A DNA stretch of 64,000 bases from Pseudomonadota bacterium (GTDB lineage: Bacteria; Pseudomonadota; Gammaproteobacteria; Burkholderiales; JAKAFK01). Below, one piece after another: positions 58,533 to 64,000 of the stretch. The notes below the pieces were generated by a model that saw only the letters and a program-made list of their open reading frames with translations, did not search any database and had not been told where the DNA came from. Position 1 is the first letter of the stretch, and each line of letters opens with the position of its first letter. Location: the NCBI GenBank assembly GCA_021817985.1, contig JAKAFK010000005.1, positions 24,156-88,155 on the forward strand, given 5' to 3'. A program made the translations under genes and the position numbers.

Positions 58533-61500
58533 GTGAACCTGTCCGCTCCTTTCATTCGTCGCCCGGTTGGCACCACGCTCCTTGCGGCGGCCGTGCTGCT
58601 GGCAGGCATTCTGGCCTTCCGCCTGCTGCCGGTGGCACCCCTGCCGCAGGTGGACTTTCCGACGGTCACGGTGCAGGCCAGCATGGCAGGGGCGAGCCCC
58701 GATGTGATGGCGGCCACCGTCGCCACGCCGCTCGAGCGTTCGCTGGGGAGAATCGCTGGCTTGTCCCAGATGACCTCATCGAGTTCCCAAGGGAACACGC
58801 AAATCGTCTTGCAGTTCGATCTGTCGAAGAATATCAACACCGCCGCGCGCGAGGTGCAAGCCGCCCTCAACGCCGCACGCCCGCTGCTTCCCACGGGGCT
58901 CACCAGCAATCCGACCTATCGCAAGGTCAACCCCGCGGACGCGCCGATCATGATCATTTCGCTCACCTCGGCAACGTTGACCCGCGCGCAGATGTATGAC
59001 GCGGCATCGACCGTTCTGGCCCAGAAGATTTCGGAGCTCCCCGGGATCGGACAGGTCATCGTGAGCGGATCCGCCCTTCCCGCGGTCCGCGTCGAACTCG
59101 ACCTGCCGCGCCTCAACGGCATGGGCCTCTCGCTGGAGCAGGTGCGCAGCGCCATCGCATCGGCCAACGTGAATTCCCCCACCGGGGTCGTGGAAAACCG
59201 CAGCGACCGTTGGCAGATCGCCACGAACGACCAGATGTTTTCCCCGGCCCAATACCGCCGCGTCATCGTCGGCTATCGCAACGGCGCGCCGGTGCGCCTC
59301 GACGAGATCGCCTCGGTCGTCGAGGGGACCCAGGACGCGCGGAATCTGGGGCTTGCCAACGGCCAGCCGGGTGTGCAGCTCATCATCTTCCGCGAACCCG
59401 GCGCCAATATCATCTCCGCCGTCGAAGGGGTGAAGGCGGCCTTGCCGGTCTTGCAGTCATCCGTGCCGGCGGCCATCCATATGCGCATCATGTCGGATCG
59501 CACGATCACCATCCGCGCGTCGCTGCACGAGGTGGAAAGCACGCTTGCCCTGTCGGTAACGCTCGTCATCGCCGTGGTTTTCGTCTTCCTGCGGGATTGG
59601 CGTGCGACCATCATTCCGAGCATCGCCGTGCCGCTGTCTCTGGTCGGCACGTTCGCCGCAATGTGGCTGCTGGGATACAGCCTGGACAATCTGTCGCTCA
59701 TGGCCCTTATCGTCGCGACGGGTTTTGTGGTCGACGATGCGATCGTGGTGCTGGAGAATATCATGCGCCATGTCGAGGCGGGTCAACCGCCGATGGCCGC
59801 CGCCCTTCTCGGTGCCCGCGAGATGGGCTTCACGGTGCTGTCCATGAGCCTGTCGCTCATCGCCGTCTTCATCCCGGTTCTGTTCATGGGGGGAATCGTG
59901 GGCCGCCTGTTCCACGAGTTCGCGGTGACGCTGGCGACGGCGATCGGCATCTCGCTGGCCGTCTCGCTGACCGTGACCCCGATGCTGGCCTCGCGCTGGC
60001 TGCGCCCCCATGTCCCGGGCCCCGCCGCGGCGCGCACGTCCGCGCTGGCGAACGTCTGGAATGCCGTGCATGCGGGCTATCAACGAAGCCTCGATTGGGC
60101 CCTGGCGCGTCCGGGTTTGCTTCTCTTCGTCTTCCTGGCCACGATCGTGCTGAACGTCGTATTGTACGTGCTCGTTCCCAAGGGATTTTTTCCGATGCAG
60201 GACACGGGTCTGCTGGTCGGCAACGTGAAGGCCGACCAGGCGGTGTCCTTTCAGGATATGAGTGCCAAGCTCACGCGGGTGGTCGCCATTGTCCGCAAGA
60301 ACCCTGCGGTGCAAAGCGTGGTGGCCTTCACCGGTGGAGGAAACGCGGCGAACATCGGACACATGTTCATCACGTTGAAGCCGCAATCGCAGCGACCCGG
60401 CGTCTTGGCCGTGATGGGCCAATTGCGCAAGCGCCTGGGAGGGATTCCAGGCCTCCTGGTGAGCACGTTCCCGGTGCAGGACATCCGCGCCGGCGGGCGG
60501 CCTCCGACGGCCTTGTACGAATACACCCTCCAGGCGAGCGATCTCGATGCGCTGAAACAGTGGGGACCAAGGGTGCTCGAGGCGTTCCGCCGAATCCCCA
60601 TGCTGCGCGATGTGGACTCCGACCAGCAAAGCGGCGGATTGGAGCTCAAGCTGGCCATCGACCGTGCCGCCGCGGCCCGCTATGGCATCCCGGTAAGCCT
60701 GATCGACGACACCTTGAACGACGCCTTTGGGCAACGGTTGGTCTCCACGATCTACGAGCCGCTCAATCAGTACCGCGTCGTGATGGAAATTGCCCCGCGC
60801 TACCAGCTCGATCCTGCGGCGCTCTCGGGGATCTACGTCATCGCCCCCAGCGGCGAGCGCGTGCCGCTGTCCGCCCTGGCGCATGTGGAACTCAGCAACA
60901 CGCCGCTGGCCGTCAACCACCAGGGTTTATTCGCGGCCGCGACCATTTCCTTCAACCTGGCCCCCGGGGTATCGTTGTCGCAGGCGCAAGCGGCCATCGA
61001 CGAAGCGCTGGCGCGCATCGGGCTCCCGCCCGACATCCATGGCAGCTTCCAAGGCACGGCGAAGCTGTTTTCCGATACCCTCAGGAATCAGCCGCTTTTC
61101 CTGATGGCGGCGGTGCTGGCCATCTATATCGTGCTCGGGATGCTCTATGAAAGTGCGGTGCACCCGCTGACCATCCTCTCGACCCTGCCTTCGGCCGGCG
61201 TCGGTGCCGTGCTCGCCCTGATGCTCTTTCACTTCGACTTCACCATCATTGCGCTGATCGGCGTATTTCTGCTGATCGGAATCGTCAAGAAGAACGCCAT
61301 CCTGATGATCGACTTTGCCCTGCATGCGCAGCGCAGCCGCCAACTCGACCCGCGCCAGGCCATCCGGGAGGCGGCCCTCTTGCGTTTGCGCCCCATCCTG
61401 ATGACCACGCTCGCAGCGCTCTTCACCGCGCTGCCGCTGGCCTTCATCACGGGCAACGGCGCGGAGCTGCGTCAGCCGCTCGGCATATCGATTGCCGGCG

Positions 61501-61634
61501 GTCTGATCGTCAGTCAACTGCTGACGCTCTACACGACGCCCGTGCTCTATCTCGAACTCGACCGCCTGCGCCGCTTCGGGCTCGCCCGTTGGGCGCGCCT
61601 CATGGGGCACCATCCCTCGCCTGAACGCCGATAA
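58533..61634 (+). CDS. mdtC: RND multidrug efflux permease, MdtC-like
   Basis: Lies within track ORF 57984..61634. The in-frame GTG at 58533 gives (M)NLSAPFIRRPVGTTLLAAAVLLAGILAFRLLPVAPLPQVDFPTV. About 1033 aa. It is the second RND paralogue in tandem, as in mdtABC. Confidence 0.9.
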   Translation: MNLSAPFIRRPVGTTLLAAAVLLAGILAFRLLPVAPLPQVDFPTVTVQASMAGASPDVMAATVATPLERSLGRIAGLSQMTSSSSQGNTQIVLQFDLSKNINTAAREVQAALNAARPLLPTGLTSNPTYRKVNPADAPIMIISLTSATLTRAQMYDAASTVLAQKISELPGIGQVIVSGSALPAVRVELDLPRLNGMGLSLEQVRSAIASANVNSPTGVVENRSDRWQIATNDQMFSPAQYRRVIVGYRNGAPVRLDEIASVVEGTQDARNLGLANGQPGVQLIIFREPGANIISAVEGVKAALPVLQSSVPAAIHMRIMSDRTITIRASLHEVESTLALSVTLVIAVVFVFLRDWRATIIPSIAVPLSLVGTFAAMWLLGYSLDNLSLMALIVATGFVVDDAIVVLENIMRHVEAGQPPMAAALLGAREMGFTVLSMSLSLIAVFIPVLFMGGIVGRLFHEFAVTLATAIGISLAVSLTVTPMLASRWLRPHVPGPAAARTSALANVWNAVHAGYQRSLDWALARPGLLLFVFLATIVLNVVLYVLVPKGFFPMQDTGLLVGNVKADQAVSFQDMSAKLTRVVAIVRKNPAVQSVVAFTGGGNAANIGHMFITLKPQSQRPGVLAVMGQLRKRLGGIPGLLVSTFPVQDIRAGGRPPTALYEYTLQASDLDALKQWGPRVLEAFRRIPMLRDVDSDQQSGGLELKLAIDRAAAARYGIPVSLIDDTLNDAFGQRLVSTIYEPLNQYRVVMEIAPRYQLDPAALSGIYVIAPSGERVPLSALAHVELSNTPLAVNHQGLFAAATISFNLAPGVSLSQAQAAIDEALARIGLPPDIHGSFQGTAKLFSDTLRNQPLFLMAAVLAIYIVLGMLYESAVHPLTILSTLPSAGVGAVLALMLFHFDFTIIALIGVFLLIGIVKKNAILMIDFALHAQRSRQLDPRQAIREAALLRLRPILMTTLAALFTALPLAFITGNGAELRQPLGISIAGGLIVSQLLTLYTTPVLYLELDRLRRFGLARWARLMGHHPSPERR

Positions 61635-61641
61635 CACGATC

Positions 61642-63129
61642 ATGTCCATGCACACTCGCACCCCCCATCCGAAAGGCTATCCTCCCGCATTCGCAGTCCT
61701 GCTTGGCCTGGTGCTCGCCGGGTGCAGCAGCATGGGCCCGATGCCCCCCGTGCGGCTCCCTGCCGCGGCCGCCTTCCAGGCCAATCGAGGCTGGGTGCCC
61801 GCAAGGCCCCTGGCATCGACCCCACGCGGCGCCTGGTGGGCCGTGTTTGGTGATCCGACACTCGATCGGCTGGAGCATCAGGTGGCGCAAGCCAACCAGA
61901 GCCTGCAGTCGGCGCTTGCCGCCTACGACCAAGCCACCGCCTTGGTGGCCGCGAATCGCGCCGCCTTCTATCCGGTGCTGGGGACTAGCCTTTCGGCGAG
62001 CCGCTCAGGAAACGGCCATGGCACCGTGTCGGGAACCATCGGTCAGGCAGGACCCGCGAACAGCTTTGACGCGGGGCTGGCGGCCAGCTGGATCCCCGAC
62101 TTGTGGGGGCGCGTGCGGCTGCAGGTGGCGGCGGCCAAGGCCGGGGCGCAGGCCAGTGCGGAAACCCTCATCGCAACCCAGCTTTCGCTGCAGGGCACGC
62201 TGGCAGAAACCTACCTGCTGCTACGCGTGACCGACGCACGAATCGCTCTCGGGGACCGGACGGTGGCCGCCTACCGGCAGGCCCTGCAACTCACGCAGAA
62301 TCGGTATCATGCGGGCGTTGCAACCGAGGCGGACGTTGCCCAGGCACGCACGCAACTGCTGAGTGCGCAGGTGGCGCGCACCGACCTCACCGTGCAGCGC
62401 GCGCAGGACGAGCACGCCATTGCCGTGCTCGTCGGGCGCCCGGCCTCGAGCTTCTCGCTCGCGCCGCAACGCACGCTCCCGGCCGTCCCGTTGATCCCCG
62501 CAGGGGTGCCTGCCCAAATGCTGGCCCGGCGCCCTGACCTGGCCAGCGCGGAACAAAGGGTCGCACAGGCGAACGCCCAGATCGGGGTGGCCCGGACCGC
62601 GTGGCTCCCGGACCTGACGCTATCGGCACAAGCGGATGCGAACGCTTCGCGCATAGCCGAACTCGTGAGTGCGCCGAGCCTCTTCTGGTCGCTTGGTCCC
62701 CTGCTGTCCGCCACTGTGTTTGACGGGGGAGCCCGCCGCGCCCAACTGGCCGGCGCCAAAGCCAGCTACCGCCAGGCGGTGGCCGAGTACCGGCAAACCG
62801 CACTGACGGCGTTCCAGCAGGTCGAGGACAATCTGACGGCCCAACGGACCCTGCGTCGCGAGGCCGTCCTTCAGCGCCAAACCGTACAGGCGGCCGACAC
62901 GTCGCTGCGGCTGGTGGTGAACCAGTATAAGGCCGGCGTCGTGCCCTATCTCGATGTCATCGTGGCGCAGACCACGGCCACTGGCGCGCAGGACGCCGAC
63001 CTCACGCTGCTGGGCCGGCGGCTGGCGGCGTGCGTGGGACTCATTCAGGCTTTGGGAGGGGGGTGGAACGAGGCCGACCGGCCGATGGCAGGGGACCCGC
63101 CTGTGCGCCAGGCGAACCCAGCCTCATAG
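61642..63129 (+). CDS. efflux outer-membrane factor lipoprotein, NodT family
   Basis: 495-aa ORF with a lipobox (LVLAGCSS) and OMF repeats. It starts 8 nt after mdtC. Confidence 0.85.
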   Translation: MSMHTRTPHPKGYPPAFAVLLGLVLAGCSSMGPMPPVRLPAAAAFQANRGWVPARPLASTPRGAWWAVFGDPTLDRLEHQVAQANQSLQSALAAYDQATALVAANRAAFYPVLGTSLSASRSGNGHGTVSGTIGQAGPANSFDAGLAASWIPDLWGRVRLQVAAAKAGAQASAETLIATQLSLQGTLAETYLLLRVTDARIALGDRTVAAYRQALQLTQNRYHAGVATEADVAQARTQLLSAQVARTDLTVQRAQDEHAIAVLVGRPASSFSLAPQRTLPAVPLIPAGVPAQMLARRPDLASAEQRVAQANAQIGVARTAWLPDLTLSAQADANASRIAELVSAPSLFWSLGPLLSATVFDGGARRAQLAGAKASYRQAVAEYRQTALTAFQQVEDNLTAQRTLRREAVLQRQTVQAADTSLRLVVNQYKAGVVPYLDVIVAQTTATGAQDADLTLLGRRLAACVGLIQALGGGWNEADRPMAGDPPVRQANPAS

Positions 63130-63195
63130 CCTTCCGAGCCCGGTCGGCGCAGGGTTTCCAGTCCCTGCCCGGCGCTGCTATAGTGTAAGCAGAGG

Positions 63196-63648
63196 GTGAT
63201 GATGCGGAACGTGCTCAAGCGTATTGGACTGGCTCTCCTTCTTCTGCCCCTGTGGATGCAGCCGATGGCCGCGCGTGCCGACCGGGACGATCGCGGTCCG
63301 GGCGCGGATTTCCGGGGGCATGGTCCGGGGGAATACCGGCGTTTTGACCGGGGGCCCGGGCCGGAATGGCACGGGGACATCCCTCGTTTCCGAGAACACG
63401 ACTTCGACCGATGGCGCGGCGGTCGCTGGTATCACGGATTCCATGAGGGGCACCTCGGGTGGTGGTGGATCGTGAATGGCTTATGGTACTTCTATCCGCA
63501 TCGCGCCTATCCCAATCCCTACATCCCGCCTTATCAAAGCGCCCCTTCGGCGAACCTCTGGTATTACTGCTCGGATCCGCCAGGATATTATCCGTACGTG
63601 CAGTGGTGCGAAGTGCCTTGGCAGGTCGTGCCGGCCAATCCCTATTGA
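63196..63648 (+). CDS. secreted Trp/Tyr/Pro-rich hypothetical protein
   Basis: It has a signal peptide (MMMRNVLKRIGLALLLLPLWMQPMAARA), an RGPG-rich region, and the C-terminal motif WYYCSDPPGYYPYVQWCEVPWQVVP. Confidence 0.55.
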   Translation: MMMRNVLKRIGLALLLLPLWMQPMAARADRDDRGPGADFRGHGPGEYRRFDRGPGPEWHGDIPRFREHDFDRWRGGRWYHGFHEGHLGWWWIVNGLWYFYPHRAYPNPYIPPYQSAPSANLWYYCSDPPGYYPYVQWCEVPWQVVPANPY

Positions 63649-63658
63649 CGGCGGCGCC

Positions 63659-64000
63659 TCAGTGCAAGATGCGCGGTTCGCCCTCGGCCGCGTGGACCGA
63701 GGACTCCGCGGCGTCTGCCGGATGGATCAACGCGCCGCTTGCGTTGAAGAATAAGCGTTCGCCGCATTCGCAATATTCGACCGGATGCCGCCCTTCGATC
63801 GTCACGATCCGGGCGGTGTCGATATTCACGATGAGATCCGAGACATAGTCCCCCGCGAGCGGCGGTCCGAGCAAATCGATGAATGTTTGCGCCGGAATCA
63901 CATCGTACGCGAGCAATCGATGATCGATGCGCGACTCGAAACCGACCTGCACCGAGGCGATCTTCTTCTCGTCTTCATGCCAGGAGACCACCGTTTCAAC
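63659..64000 (-). CDS. hypothetical protein, 5'-truncated by the window edge
   Basis: The track gives 63659..63991 from a GTG, but the frame stays open to position 64000, so the gene probably starts outside the window. No family recognised. Confidence 0.35.
   Translation of the reverse strand, partial: VETVVSWHEDEKKIASVQVGFESRIDHRLLAYDVIPAQTFIDLLGPPLAGDYVSDLIVNIDTARIVTIEGRHPVEYCECGERLFFNASGALIHPADAAESSVHAAEGEPRILH

Overview
GC-rich, densely coding bacterial chromosomal segment. The gene content resembles a sulfur-oxidising beta/gamma-proteobacterium, but the taxon is inference only. I saw no rRNA, tRNA or CRISPR array.

Left part (0.3-17.7 kb) looks like an accessory thiocyanate/cyanate/sulfur island:
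- a beta-carbonic anhydrase, a NiCoT cobalt/nickel permease and an FNT anion channel;
- cyanase cynS with a divergent cynR;
- a complete cobalt-type thiocyanate hydrolase operon scnB-scnA-scnC plus a P15K-like activator;
- directly after it, a DsrE-like protein, TusA, an SQR-like flavoprotein and a DUF1641 protein;
- then an IS110 fragment, a methyltransferase and a TPP enzyme;
- a second scnB/scnA-like pair with no gamma subunit, sitting between an AniA-type nirK and a DGC-domain gene.

Middle part (18-31 kb): a PhzF-family isomerase, decayed IS4 and IS256 transposase fragments, an orphan glcF, a globin-coupled GGDEF-EAL protein, dinB next to a dinJ antitoxin and a decayed yafQ toxin, an HD-GYP phosphodiesterase and a GAF histidine kinase.

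Right part (31-64 kb): a macA-macB-OMF efflux operon, ybjQ, a DUF3050 protein, a glycine-zipper lipoprotein, and kdpFABC-kdpDE with a KdpE box. It continues with a cadR/zntR-like MerR regulator plus a His-tailed EamA permease divergent from czcD, uspA, a PEP-CTERM/NIDO exoprotein, and marR divergent from mdtA-mdtB-mdtC-OMF.

Many long ORFs in the supplied track are antisense or out-of-frame shadows typical of GC-rich DNA, and I did not call them.

The most unusual element is the scnBA paralogue pair that lacks a catalytic subunit and sits in a nirK context. More broadly, SCN- hydrolysis, cobalt supply, anion transport, cyanate/COS handling and sulfide/persulfide processing are physically joined here and flanked by IS debris.
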